Positions 11,801 to 22,522 of a stretch of 64,000 nt of DNA are shown piece after piece. A model generated the notes under the pieces. The model did no database searches, had not been told where the DNA came from, and worked only from the letters and a program-made list of their open reading frames with translations. Numbering within the stretch: the first letter of the stretch is position 1; every line of letters begins with the position of its first letter. Both the position numbers and the translations under genes were made by a program. Origin of the DNA: Fimicolochytrium jonesii (taxonomy: Eukaryota). The stretch covers positions 124,001 to 188,000 of the forward strand of contig NW_026515700.1 in the NCBI RefSeq assembly GCF_025526975.1, in the 5' to 3' direction.

Positions 11801-14226
11801 TGCACCGCGCACTTGTCTTGAGAGAGTTACGGCAGCCTTCCATAACGATGCCGCAAGATTTCGAGTTCAAGCGGTACGACGCGCAATCCCAAATTATTCT
11901 GACGCTGCTCAATCATGCCCCAAAAGAGCGCCCGAGCGCTGCCGAGCTCCTGCAGTCACCACTCTTACCCCCGACGCTAGAGGAAGAATACATCTCGGAA
12001 GCGCTGCGATCCATCGTCAATCAGAACAATCCGCTCTACTATTCACGGCTCGTTACATCCCTTTTTGCGCAAAGCACTGATCGGCATAAGGATTTCACGT
12101 ATGAGTTCAATAGCAATGCGCTGACGCTTGACCAGTTGACGTCGCTGGTTACCGGTCGGATGTACGCGCACGCGCTCAATGTGTTTGCGAGGCATGGGGC
12201 CGTCAACATACGGGCGCCGCTGCTGATCCCCAAAGGCGATCTGCACGCCGCTGGCGGCGTCAAAAAGGTTGTGGAGTTGGTGGACTCGACAGGATGCATC
12301 GTTCAGCTGCCGTTTGACCTGACGGCCCCGTTCGCGCGGTTGATTGCACGGGTTTCGCAGGACCTCACCTTGCCGTTGAAACGTTACGTGATCGACAACG
12401 TGTACCGTAGCAACACGGTAGGCGGGCAGCCACGGACGATCCTGGAATGCGATTTCGACATCATTACGAGCAACCTCGGGAATATGTGCCCGGACGCGGA
12501 AGTCATCAAAGTCGTATATGAGATGCTGGAACTCTCGGCGGCCAAGTACAGCAATCCCTCGTTGTTCGTCGTCAGACTCAACCACTGCTCGCTGCTCGAA
12601 GCCATCTTCGACACCTGCAAGATTTCGACAGACTTCCATGTCCGCACACGCGTGCACAACCTACTAGAACAGCTCCACAGACCCATGAACTGGACCCAAC
12701 TGCGGCCTCTGTTAGTCAAAGACGGCATTTCGGTCGAGTCCGTGAACGCCCTGACCAAGTTCCAAGATCTCACAGGCGATTTCGAAAACGTCGCTGCTCG
12801 CGTGGAAAGCATGATGGATCAACGCGTCAAGCCGGCGTTTCGGGAGATGCTGAGTCAGCTGCGGTTGTTGATGAGCCATTTGCAGCATCTTGGGATTAAG
12901 AGTCGGGTTGATTATGCGCCGTTGTTGGTTTATAATGCTAGTTATTACAAGAATGGGCTTATGTTTCAGATTGGGCTGCAGAGTAAGAAGAAGCTAGGTA
13001 AGCTCCATGGCGGATGTCATGTCAAACAAACTACCAACACCCTTTCCTAACAAAGTCTTGAAATTATCAAGATGTCGTAGCGGCCGGCGGGCGGTACGAC
13101 CACCTGCTAGGTCAATTCCGATATCCATTTGGCCCCAGCAAGAAGCTACACGGAGTCGGGGTGCATTTCGCCATGTCGAAGGCAATATCAGCCATCGTTC
13201 TAGAAGAAGCTGAGCACATCCGCTCCTACTCATCGCAGCCGGGAGGCGACGACACCGCCGGCTCCCAGTTCCGCCGCGTGGACGTACTAGTCGTCTCGGT
13301 CGGCAAAAGCGGGGCCGCCGCCGACGACCGCATGGCCATCATCTCCGACCTCTGGAACGCCGGCATCTCCGCCGACATGACCTACTACGACGTGCAGTCC
13401 CCACAAGACATCTTCAAGCGCGCCAAGGCGCAGGGGTACAAGCTGTGCGTCATGGTCAAGAATCGCAACCCAGACGTGCAAAACGGACTTATTAAAGTGA
13501 AGAATCTGTCGAGCAAGATGGAGGAGGACGTCTCGCGCAACGAGCTGCTGGTGCATGTGCAGAGCGAGTTGGCGGATACGACAAAATCGGAACCGTTTGT
13601 GCATGCGCATGCGAAACCGAGAAGGGGGGACTCGGGGCATAATATGGGGGAGATTGCGCCGCATCATCATCGGGACTTTGATTCGAGTGGGGGAAACGAT
13701 GTCATGTCGTTGGATGCGCACAGTGTTGTGGTTGTCCAACCGCCTTGGAAGAAGGGGAAGGTCAAGCATAAGGATAAGCTCATGTCCATGGAAAAAGGTA
13801 GGGGGTCGAATTTCCCAGGCATCAAGGTTGACCTCGGGATTACTCATAATTGCACTTCCTGCGACATTGCAGCTACGCACGCTGTTTGCAGCGAATTCCT
13901 AAACCTCAAACGCGGGATGGTTTTCGTAATCGACCTGCCAGAGAACGTATTGAAGAAACTCACCGGCATCGATCTGAAACTCCCGGAAGAATCCTTCAAG
14001 AAACTGTTCGACACACTACCATCCAACCAACGAGAGTACGTTTCCTCCCCCCCACTTCCCACTCCCCAATTCTCATTGTCCGCCGCTCGCTCACATATCC
14101 CTATCCACCAGATATCTTTCCCAAATCAAACGCCAAATCATCCGCCACCACAAAGAAGACCACCAAGATCATTTCTGGCTCTACTCGACGGTGGATGGCG
14201 ACGTTCACCTCTACTCGTTTGCGTAA
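8809..14226 (+). CDS. GCN2: eIF2-alpha kinase Gcn2 (RWD, pseudokinase, kinase, HisRS-like and C-terminal domains), multi-exon
   Basis: EVEALRAIY (RWD); SRYRLDFEEIEFLGKGGFGEVVKARN; LYIQMEYCE; HRDLKP; DFGLA; HisRS-like region. The last exon ends HLYSFA* at 14226. Confidence 0.96.
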
Positions 14227-15556
14227 ACAAGATTGCGGTGATGACATTTTGCGAATTCACCCCCGTACCGTTGGAGGGAACACTTCTACGTGACCCTGCC
14301 GGTTCCATATATATAGGCTTTTTTTCGTTCGTGTATATACAGCACCTTAACCTTTTTGGAACATTTATAAAATCAACAATATACAAACTATGAGAGTGTC
14401 TTTCTCCGGTTGGCCGATGTTGGGCGGCTGTCTTGAGTGCCAGCGCAGTGTTCAGAATGGGCTTTCTGGGTTCAACGAACACAGTCCTTTAACGATTGCA
14501 CTCCTTACTCCTGACCTGCCCAATAGCGGTGTGGTGCTTGCGCATGTTATGTCTTATGGACGGACGCCTTGGGTCACCATGCGTCAAAGCGCAAGGAAAA
14601 GTATCAACCCATCTCTTCTGGGGGCAGAAAAAATATGCCATTCGGAAGTTTTCTTCCCTTGGCGACACTCAGTGGGATGCGAGCCAGCCGGGCGAGAGAC
14701 AGGTCCTGCGGGGTACAGTAGGCCTTGCCGGAAGTCTGGGAAGAGTGGAAAACGCGTTATCTGCTCGGGGAACAAAAGTCTCTACTCCCACCTCAAGATG
14801 AAGATATGGCAGACAGATACATGCCGTGGTTCCTAAACAAAATAAGAAAGGAAGAAGGCGAAAAGAAAAAGCGAGGCTGGGCAAAAGGATCATCGGCGCC
14901 ATCCCGGCCTCCTCCCGTTTAACCTCACGCTCACCCGCCTAGGTCATTGATGTTTCGCAGGCTGCAAGTCCACGCCTCAGGTCATGGAGCCTTGCCTTTT
15001 AGTCACTACTGGTCAATGAAACTAGACGTTTTGGTTAAGTGGTTGCGTATGCCCCGCGATTCGCTAGACCTATTCCCACGGTAATCCCTGGTTGAGTTTG
15101 TAGGTAAAGGTAGTTTGTAGTGCAGCCCATAAACGAAGAATGGGAGTGGCGCAGTCGCAATCTCTTTGCCCAACCCCCATGATTAAATTGTTCGCAACCT
15201 CGAAACTCGCCATCTGCGAATGTCCGTCGCCGACAATCGCCCGCATGATACTCTGCGTCTGACGCAACTGCCCGGTAAACGTCGCTACTCCCGCCACCAC
15301 ATACAGGACCGGGCAAATAATGATCGCGCCGTTGGTGGGTTTCTCTAATATACACCAAATAATAGCTGCAAACGTATCGTGAGCGTCAGTTATTAATGCG
15401 GGCAATTTGTAAACATTAAGAGACAAACCTAACGCCCTATTCAAAATGAGATACTATTTGGCACTACTGCCGACCTGCCGCGCCAGGCGGAGTACGACAA
15501 GAAGGGGAGAAGAGGGAGGGTTGTGATGGGTGGTGTGGAATACGCGGGGATGAGGT

Positions 15557-16724
15557 TTAAGCCGTAGCCTCCTTCTTGCCCAACTCAGCCTCCAACGGCA
15601 GGCCCCTCAGCGCATTGTTGATCCAAGACACTGGGTTTTCCGCATTGACCGAGACGGGCACGACGGTCAGCTTGGTGTTCAACTGTCCCGACAAGACCAA
15701 ACCCAGCGCGCTCTGCAACAATGGAGGCAGACCGACAGTGGGCACCAGCTCGGCCCTCAACGGCATCTTGGTCTCGCCAGAGCCCTTGAGGAGCGTGGTT
15801 CCAGTGCTGAGGGCGGTACCGAGGAAAATTGGGGTGGTGCTGCCGGGGGGGATCAGGGTGACATTGAACAACACATTTGTCAACTCGATTCCGATAGGGG
15901 AGGGGTTGATGAGGGTGGCGTTCATCGCGATGGGGAGGGGGGCGGCGGGGTTAGGTGCGGCGAGGGGCTGGAATTCCTTGATCGAGGCTCCCTTGAGCTG
16001 GTCCATGCCCTTGACCTCAACGACCTTGTCCATCTTCAGCCCTTCGTAGGTCCTTCCGACGGCGTGGACCGACACGTCACCGACCATCCTCCACTTGAAC
16101 GTTGGCGACACGACGAGGAACTTGTTGAAGGCGGTGAAGATCTGCTCGTCGAGGACCTTGGCATTCTCGATGTTCTGCTCGATCGTGGCTTTGCCGCCAG
16201 ACACGGAGTAGGAGCCCATGTTCATTTCGAGGAGGGGCTTCTCGGTCATGTCTGCGGGGTCGATGCCGCCGACCCAGTAAACGGTCAGGGGGGAGGTGTT
16301 GGTCACTGTTGCGTCGGTGTGGCCGGCGTCGGTGACTTCGATCTTCATGGCGACGTTGAAGGTGGAGTTCTGGGGGTTGGTGATGGATACATCGCTGAAT
16401 GTCAGCTTGGAGTTGTTGATTGAGCTCTCTGTTGGTAGGATTGGGGGGGGGGGGGAAGGGGAGGTGAGGAAACCGTTCGATTCTTATCTTGCAATAGGAT
16501 GGATCCCGCTCGCATTACTTACGTGCAACTTTGGGGACAATGACGAAGAAGATAATTGGCAACAAGACGACCAGCAAGACAATCGTCACACCGGCGCATC
16601 CACCAGCCCAAATCTTTCGCTTCCTCGTCCAGAACCCAGCGCTCTTCTTGGGCTCAAACACTTCTTCCCGGGGCGCCTCGACGGTGTTGACGTCGGTGGC
16701 GAAGGATTTTGGTGTGTCGGTCAT
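15557..16724 (-). CDS. DUF3712 / Tag1-like single-pass membrane protein (2 exons)
   Basis: N-terminal TM (WAGGCAGVTIVLLVVLLPIIFFVIVPKVA), then a beta-rich domain with F..FNK.L...F.W...G.V.V.A.G, KVV..KGM and NATLINPSPIGIEL. Confidence 0.8.
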
Positions 16725-17289
16725 GTTTGCGGGGTGTTTTCTTACTTTCTGTGTGTGCGAAGGAAAGTGAGCAGCTATGTCCTAGAAAGTCCTGACCGGC
16801 AGGTTCTTTGAGGCTGAGTTACTGAGTTGGTACAGTTGGTGAAGAGACGAGGGACTCTATCGCACATTGCTGCGTCTCTATATATCCGCATCCGGGCTGA
16901 AAGAGGGTTTCCCCGCTGCGAGAAAAAGAATCATCTCCTTCATAGGCGCGTAACTAGTGCACGAAGCAGCCACGAACCGCATGCTTGCAGATCAAGGTCA
17001 GGCGACTACCCGAAGAGCGCGAGTCCAGGTAGGTCCTGGGGACAGTGAGAAACGAGGCCAGAGCGCCGCAGAGACCGTACCGCGGCGTTTCCTCTGGGAC
17101 TACTCGGAGTAACGGTCCGCAAGAAAAGTGATACGACCGTGGCGCCCACCCCATGTGGTCGCTTGTTAGTACAACTTTCTGATGGAGTCACTCGCCCCGA
17201 GCACTCGGCAGGAATAGAGTTTGTGCTTAACTTTAGCAGCGCTCCTCCACTGCGCAATGAAACGTAAATCATGTGCGGTGCACATATTA

Positions 17290-17449
17290 CTGGATCCTGG
17301 TACAGTAGAATCAAGATTGAGGTTGGGCGCAAAACGCCCTTCAGCAAGCATTCAATCTCCTTGGCACTCCATGGCAGCCGCTCAGACCTGACTTTGGGAA
17401 GCGTCGGATGTCTATTTGGGTTACGGTTAGGGTTAGGGTTAGGAGTCAT
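17290..17449 (-). pseudogene. Possible Myb/TRF-like (telobox) domain fragment
   Basis: RSERLPWSAKEIECLLKGV resembles Myb helix 1 (R.PW...E...L..GV). The rest of the domain is not clearly present. Confidence 0.3.
17425..17443 (+). repeat. Short interstitial telomere-type repeat (GGTTAG)x3
   Basis: GGTTAGGGTTAGGGTTAGG, preceded by the degenerate unit GGGTTAC. Confidence 0.8.
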
Positions 17450-17616
17450 GGGGAAAGAATTCAATTTACAGTACAAGGTTTTTACATATGTGGGGGAAGG
17501 GCGGGCAACGATCTTTGGGTGCTCAACTCTCAACTTGGGTTCGGACCGGAAAAGGTGTCGTTCAAGATCGAGACTCGAAGAAGGCGTTCGACGAGAGACG
17601 CCGAGTATTTCTATCA

Positions 17617-18171
17617 ATGGCTGACGACCAGCCCAACAAATACGGTTCACGGAATCACACGAAGAGCAAATCCTCCAGGGCGCTGCGGCGAGACGATTCC
17701 ATGGGGTGTCTTCAGAACGGAAGCTGCAGCGAGAGGCTGGACAATATGGAGTTTGGCCATCTGGAGCGATGCGAACACCCCACATATGCCTTGCCACACG
17801 TGCGAGGCGGAGCGGGATCTCCTGAGTTGGCAGATGGTAGGAATAAGCATTCATCAGCCCTGACGGAGGAGAACAGACTACACCTGTCAGAGAAGCTCCG
17901 CGCGCACGGTGACCAACACGCCGTCATCCTGCACGATAATCAAGACGTGCCCGATCTGGATTGGATTCCGAAACCGGTTTTCGGGCTAGCGTACAGTAAT
18001 CCCTTCGTCTTCTTTATTGATGGGACGGCACGATTGTACGCATATGATTTGATGGGGAGAGATATGTTTTTATTGGGAGAGACCCCTGAAATCGGGCTGC
18101 AACGGTGGATGGATCCATATGCAGACGACTGGCCTGCGTTAGACCCGCAGAATGGCAAGTGGATGGGGTAG
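17617..18171 (+). CDS. Hypothetical protein with SUKH/US22-like C-terminal motif
   Basis: PVFG...FVFFIDGTARLYAYD...MFLLGETPEIGLQRW resembles the SUKH-3/US22 core (P.G..h.hD..GrvY.hd...hhlg....e.l). The start codon is uncertain. Confidence 0.4.
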   Translation: MADDQPNKYGSRNHTKSKSSRALRRDDSMGCLQNGSCSERLDNMEFGHLERCEHPTYALPHVRGGAGSPELADGRNKHSSALTEENRLHLSEKLRAHGDQHAVILHDNQDVPDLDWIPKPVFGLAYSNPFVFFIDGTARLYAYDLMGRDMFLLGETPEIGLQRWMDPYADDWPALDPQNGKWMG

Positions 18172-18512
18172 ACCGTGCTCATATATGATGGTTTACCATG
18201 GAGTTCATGCGCTGGGAAGCATATTTGCTGTATTGTACTTGTGCCGCAAACATAGCGATTGATTTACTAGAGGTTCATCTGCTGTGCCATAGATATGATT
18301 GATAAGCGTCGTAAAAAAACAGACAATTCCAACACAAACCTTCACCAAAACCCTCTGTGAGCTCATGGTATTTGCAGAAACATATGTAGAACGCAGTGAG
18401 TGTGCTATTAGTGCGATATACCCCTTGCCATTTCGGGCTATTGGCCAAATTTGCCCTTGGGCCGGTCTTGACTGGAATAAGATCCTCGGCTATCATACTG
18501 TATGTACATGTA

Positions 18513-19333
18513 CAGTCAGTGGACATAAAGCTGTGTGCATGCCAGATTAAGTCAGTGTCTGACGCGCGTTGCGCGACATCAACTCATCATCCTTAATCTT
18601 GGGGCATTGCAAAACCTGACCTAAATGAATGGATCTAGATCTGAATTTCGCTAATACCTAGTTGTCCCCCCATTGGCTGCGATTACGGCTGCCATTCTTG
18701 ATGGCCTTGACCGTGTCAATGCATCAAGATGCGGCTGCATTGTGGGCCATATAGTTTGCACAACGTTGTCCAACATTCCAGGGGTAGGGTTCGCTTTCGA
18801 TACCTTCCGTTTGAGCATTGCCCACAGATTCTCAATCGGATTGAGATCTGGACTCTGCGCTGGCCAGGGAAGAAGCTCAATGCCATGTTCATCAAAGAAC
18901 TGTCGAGTTTCAGCCGATGTATGAATAGGCGGAACGACAATACTGCGAAAGGCAGCCAAATCATCGTCAGAAGGCTGGTACTTAGCTGGTCTTCCTGTTG
19001 GCTTCTTCGATTGATAGGCGGTTGGTGCAGTGGCACTCTCGTTTGCAAACCTCTTAATAGTGTTCCTCACAGTATTCCTGTGAACGTGCTCCTGCCTTGC
19101 AATTTCAGATGTCATCTTGCCTGCTATATGGAGGGCAACTATGGCTGCCCTTTTTTGTGGTGTGAGAGGTTTCCCCATAGCTGAGGTGGTGAAGATGTTG
19201 GCGTGCATTTCGCCATCACGGCTTCGTCGCTGGCTTCAATACTCAAGCTTGCGGCTCCAAAACGCGCGGTGCGCTTTGTGAAACGGTCATTGAAATCCAT
19301 ATGGGGTGCACACAGCTTTTTGTCCACTGACTG
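18513..19333 (-). mobile_element. Tc1/mariner DNA transposon, internally deleted (non-autonomous), 821 bp
   Basis: 27-bp TIRs CAGTCAGTGGACA(T/A)AAAGCTGTGTGCA (18513-18539 and 19307-19333) with TA target duplications (18511-12 and 19334-35). Confidence 0.93.
18651..19208 (-). pseudogene. Tc1 transposase remnant: HTH fused in frame to the C-terminal catalytic segment
   Basis: N-terminal HTH (..SEIARQEHVHRNTVRNTIKRF..GRP) is joined directly to WPAQSPDLNPIENLW and AVIAANGGTTRY. The first two Asp motifs of the DDE triad are absent. Confidence 0.88.
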
Positions 19334-19642
19334 TACGCCTCAGACTGATTGCCTATGTGACTCCTGTTGACTCATGCCAGGAGGCGCGTTTCGGTCGAGC
19401 ACTGGGTACTACTGGGTAACTGGCTGGGTAACTGGGTTGATCCCTATACGAACGTGCACTTGCAACTGATTACATCTCTCTTTGTGTCTCCATACGATAG
19501 CTTGTTCCCCGCCGGCTGGTCGTTATACTATACGTATTCATTGTGCAGAGCACTTCCCCTCTCTCTCGCAAACCAAATACGAAAACAGCTTTGCCGACAC
19601 AATCACCTCCCGATACCACCCACTACTCGCATTCCCTCCCCA

Positions 19643-21085
19643 ATGTCAAAAAAAGCACCGGCAAAGACAAGTCGTCAAGCCGCACCTGCGGAGCCTACGG
19701 ACCCTGCGAAGGCCTTTGCGATCCCCAAGTTTAAACGCCTTGTTTCCGAGATTCTCCGTCACTTTGGTGACGGGTCCATCCAGTCGAGCGCCGTTGGGGC
19801 GCTACAGGAAATAGCCGGAGAATATGTCACGTATCTTCACAAGCACTATAAAGGCATATCCCGTGGAAGCGAGAAAGTTGGATCTGAGAACGGGGCGATG
19901 GGAATAATGGAGAAGGTTATGGTCAATCTGGATCTGAAGGATTTGAAGGCGGCTGCCAAGGTTTACGAGGCAGCGGGTTCCGGCTCCGCTGAGGCAGGGG
20001 ATTCTCTCTCGGAGGGCTGGAAACGTTCCATTCGCCTTCTGGCCCGCCGCGGCGGCGCCGAGATTCCCTCTGACGGTGTTTGCAAAATGACCTTCGACCT
20101 TTTGGTGTGCTTCCTGGAAAACATAATTCGTGATGCTTTGACGTATGCACAATTTGGGAAGAGAAGGACCGTCAACTCACTTGACATTGTGTATGCTCTC
20201 AAGCGGTTGAGCCGGTCGGCAGAAGAGTCGGCAGAAGAGTCCGCAGAAGAGTCGGGGGAAGACTCGCATGACGCCTCTAGGTGTCCCACTCCACAAGAAT
20301 CATCCGACGGTAGTAGCTCGAAGTCGAAGCCGAAGCCGATTCAACAACGCTCAGCAAAACGGAAAGCGCGTGAAGATGATGTACTTGTTGTCGAGGAGGC
20401 AGCCAACACTTTACAGGAATCATCCGAAGGTAGTAGTAGCTCGAAGCCAAAGCTACCCCAGCAACGCTCAGCAAAACGTAAAGCGAGTGTAAATGATGTA
20501 ATTGTTGTCGAGGAGGCCACCAAGCCTCCACGGCGGCACAACGACTCTGACAGTGCACTGGACAGCAGTACGGATCCCGATTCAGAATCAAACTCAGAAT
20601 TCTGTTATGCTCGGTTCAAGAAAGAGAGGGCAGAGAGAGCGCGGAGAAACGCTCGCAAGTTGGAGGATGCCGAGTTCAAGGTCATTCGTGACGTAAATTT
20701 GGGGTCGCTATCAAGCGACATGGCCAAGGCGGCCGTCTACGAAATCGCTTTCAACAGCAAAAGGAGCATCATGTATGTTGGAATGACCACCAATATGGCT
20801 GACCGCCTTCAACAACATCTCGGCTTCAAGAAGGTCGATAAGAAATGCTCGCATATCGCTCCAATGGTCCAATATGCAATCGAGAAGAATGTGGTTGTTC
20901 TCTATCGTTGCGTGTATGTCGGATCCGGGCAAGCTGCGATCGATGCCGAGCAGCACATGTTGGACAAGTACTGGTACGAGTGGAATAAACGAGATAATAC
21001 GCCCAAGGACAAGGCGGGCAAAAAGGCAAAAAAGGAGGCTTTAGAAAAATCGAAGGGACATCGGACACGAAAGACTGCAGCCTAG
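19643..21085 (+). CDS. Histone H3-like + histone H4-like doublet fused to an ET/HRT-type GIY-YIG nuclease (about 480 aa, intronless)
   Basis: H3 fold IPKFKRLVSEIL..IQSSAVGALQEIAGEYV...LKDLKAAAKV (~19710-19970). H4 fold SIRLLARRGG...FLENIIRDALTYAQFGKRRTVNSLDIVYALKR (~20010-20210). S/E/K-rich repetitive linker. Nuclease AVYEI..MYVGMT.NMADRLQQH..SHI..VLYR..AEQHMLDKYWYEWNKRDN (~20730-21000). Confidence 0.85.
   Translation: MSKKAPAKTSRQAAPAEPTDPAKAFAIPKFKRLVSEILRHFGDGSIQSSAVGALQEIAGEYVTYLHKHYKGISRGSEKVGSENGAMGIMEKVMVNLDLKDLKAAAKVYEAAGSGSAEAGDSLSEGWKRSIRLLARRGGAEIPSDGVCKMTFDLLVCFLENIIRDALTYAQFGKRRTVNSLDIVYALKRLSRSAEESAEESAEESGEDSHDASRCPTPQESSDGSSSKSKPKPIQQRSAKRKAREDDVLVVEEAANTLQESSEGSSSSKPKLPQQRSAKRKASVNDVIVVEEATKPPRRHNDSDSALDSSTDPDSESNSEFCYARFKKERAERARRNARKLEDAEFKVIRDVNLGSLSSDMAKAAVYEIAFNSKRSIMYVGMTTNMADRLQQHLGFKKVDKKCSHIAPMVQYAIEKNVVVLYRCVYVGSGQAAIDAEQHMLDKYWYEWNKRDNTPKDKAGKKAKKEALEKSKGHRTRKTAA
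20215..20518 (+). repeat. Intragenic repeats in the histone-nuclease linker: (SAEE)x3 and two ~105-bp copies (QESS.GSSS...QQRSAKRKA..DV.VVEEA)
   Basis: Direct copies at about 20294-20400 and 20414-20518; the reading frame is preserved. Confidence 0.85.
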
Positions 21086-21266
21086 AGTACGTAGTCTATG
21101 GGGGGGCGCGATACTACTGTAGGTCCATGTCGATAGTTTCCATCCAGTCTCGTCAAACCATAGTCAATGAATATATAAGAACGTTCCGCGCACGTATAGT
21201 ATTCGCGCAGCAAGCATTACAAGCATTATAAACCTACGACTTTACGCTCCCTCCCTCTAGCCCTCC

Positions 21267-21421
21267 CAGAGTGCAGGACAGAGTGAAGGACAGAGTGCAG
21301 GACAGACTGACAGCATGTGAGCATGGGTAGTGACGGATGGATGCTCAGCGGACACAAAGCCAGCCCCTATAGCCAAAATAGCACACCTCGACGACCCTAT
21401 AGCCAAGATAGCACACCTCGC
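21267..21421 (+). repeat. Short tandem repeats: (CAGAGTGCAGGA)x3 and a ~30-bp unit x2 (CCCTATAGCCAA.ATAGCACACCTCG)
   Basis: Seen directly at about 21267-21305 and 21365-21420. Confidence 0.85.
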
Positions 21422-21961
21422 ACAACGTCGCGGGTCGTGGAACGCTAACGGGGTTATTCCGGGCTTCCAGCAAGCCGCGCAGAGTACTGTACTGTGCTGT
21501 AGGTGCAGGAAAGAACGCGTAGCCGCCTCATGTCCTTCTCCTTGCCTATCCCCCTAAACACTTGCCCTGACTTATCTCCCGCCCCTCTCCGTGCTCAACC
21601 TTCGCAAGCAGACAGTCGGGGCTCGCGGTTCGTCCCGCTCGCCTATAAAACAGCAGGTTTGTCCAACCCCTCGCTCATTGTTTCTCATGCGCAGGTCATG
21701 CGTGCGTCCATGCCAAAGGACGTCAAAAAACGTAACGTCCTTCAATGTAAACGACGCCCTCACACGAACAGGTGATGACGTAGGTCGCTATACATTAGTA
21801 CAGTACGAAAGGTAACCCGATTGAAGACGAGCGCAGATAAGTCATTTGAGTGGGCAACAATTGTATGATTTTGCTTCGATCGTTGCATCCTGAGTTGTTT
21901 GTTTCCGCCGACGTCAATTGCTTTCTCCTCGGCGTGAATCGGGCAAGACCCCATAATGCGT

Positions 21962-22200
21962 TTATCCCAGTGCGGCTGGTTTCGCTCGTTCAGCCCGTAA
22001 CATAACCTTTTCCCTTTGGTCGTCGTCCAGAACTCTCCGGAGGGCGGCGAGTTCGGGACAGGGCTCGAATTTGGTGAGGAGTCGCGCGGCCCGGGCACGG
22101 TCTCGAGGGTGTAGTTGAGCTGTGATCAAGAACAAGACCTCTTCTAAGGTGACGAAGGCGGAGTCTGGGCAGTGACAGGGATAGTGGCCGGTGATGCTGA
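21962..22200 (-). pseudogene. Possible degenerate F-box-like gene
   Basis: TLEEVLFLITAQLHPRDRARAARL resembles an F-box motif; downstream frames contain stops. Confidence 0.25.
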
Positions 22201-22522
22201 CGGGCCCGTCGTGGATGAGGCAGTGGTTGCGGGGGCGGAGAGAGGCAAAGGATGTGTGTTTCCCATTGTGGGGTCTTTTGCGTGTCCTTGCGGGGAGAAT
22301 GGAAGCAGGAATGGAAGGCTGGGATTCCCTTTCCGAGCACAGTGAACCTGACAGTGAACATCGATTGCCCGCCGCCGGACCTTCACACTTGTGCGGTCTT
22401 ATATACATATGTACTCTGTAGAGGAAGCAAACACCATTGAGACCATTGCTGTCCCACCGCACTGAGCCTCTGAGGCTTGCAATTGACGTCTTCCACCTTT
22501 GTGTCTTCCGTTGAATTCCAAT

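Noticed and set aside
14390..15444. Short ORFs between GCN2 and DUF3712
   Set aside because: No domain signature or consistent splice structure recognised.
19367..19642. N-terminal extension of the 572-aa ORF
   Set aside because: It begins at a non-ATG codon and reads as non-coding promoter/UTR sequence; the ATG at 19643 (MSKKAPAK) is the plausible start.
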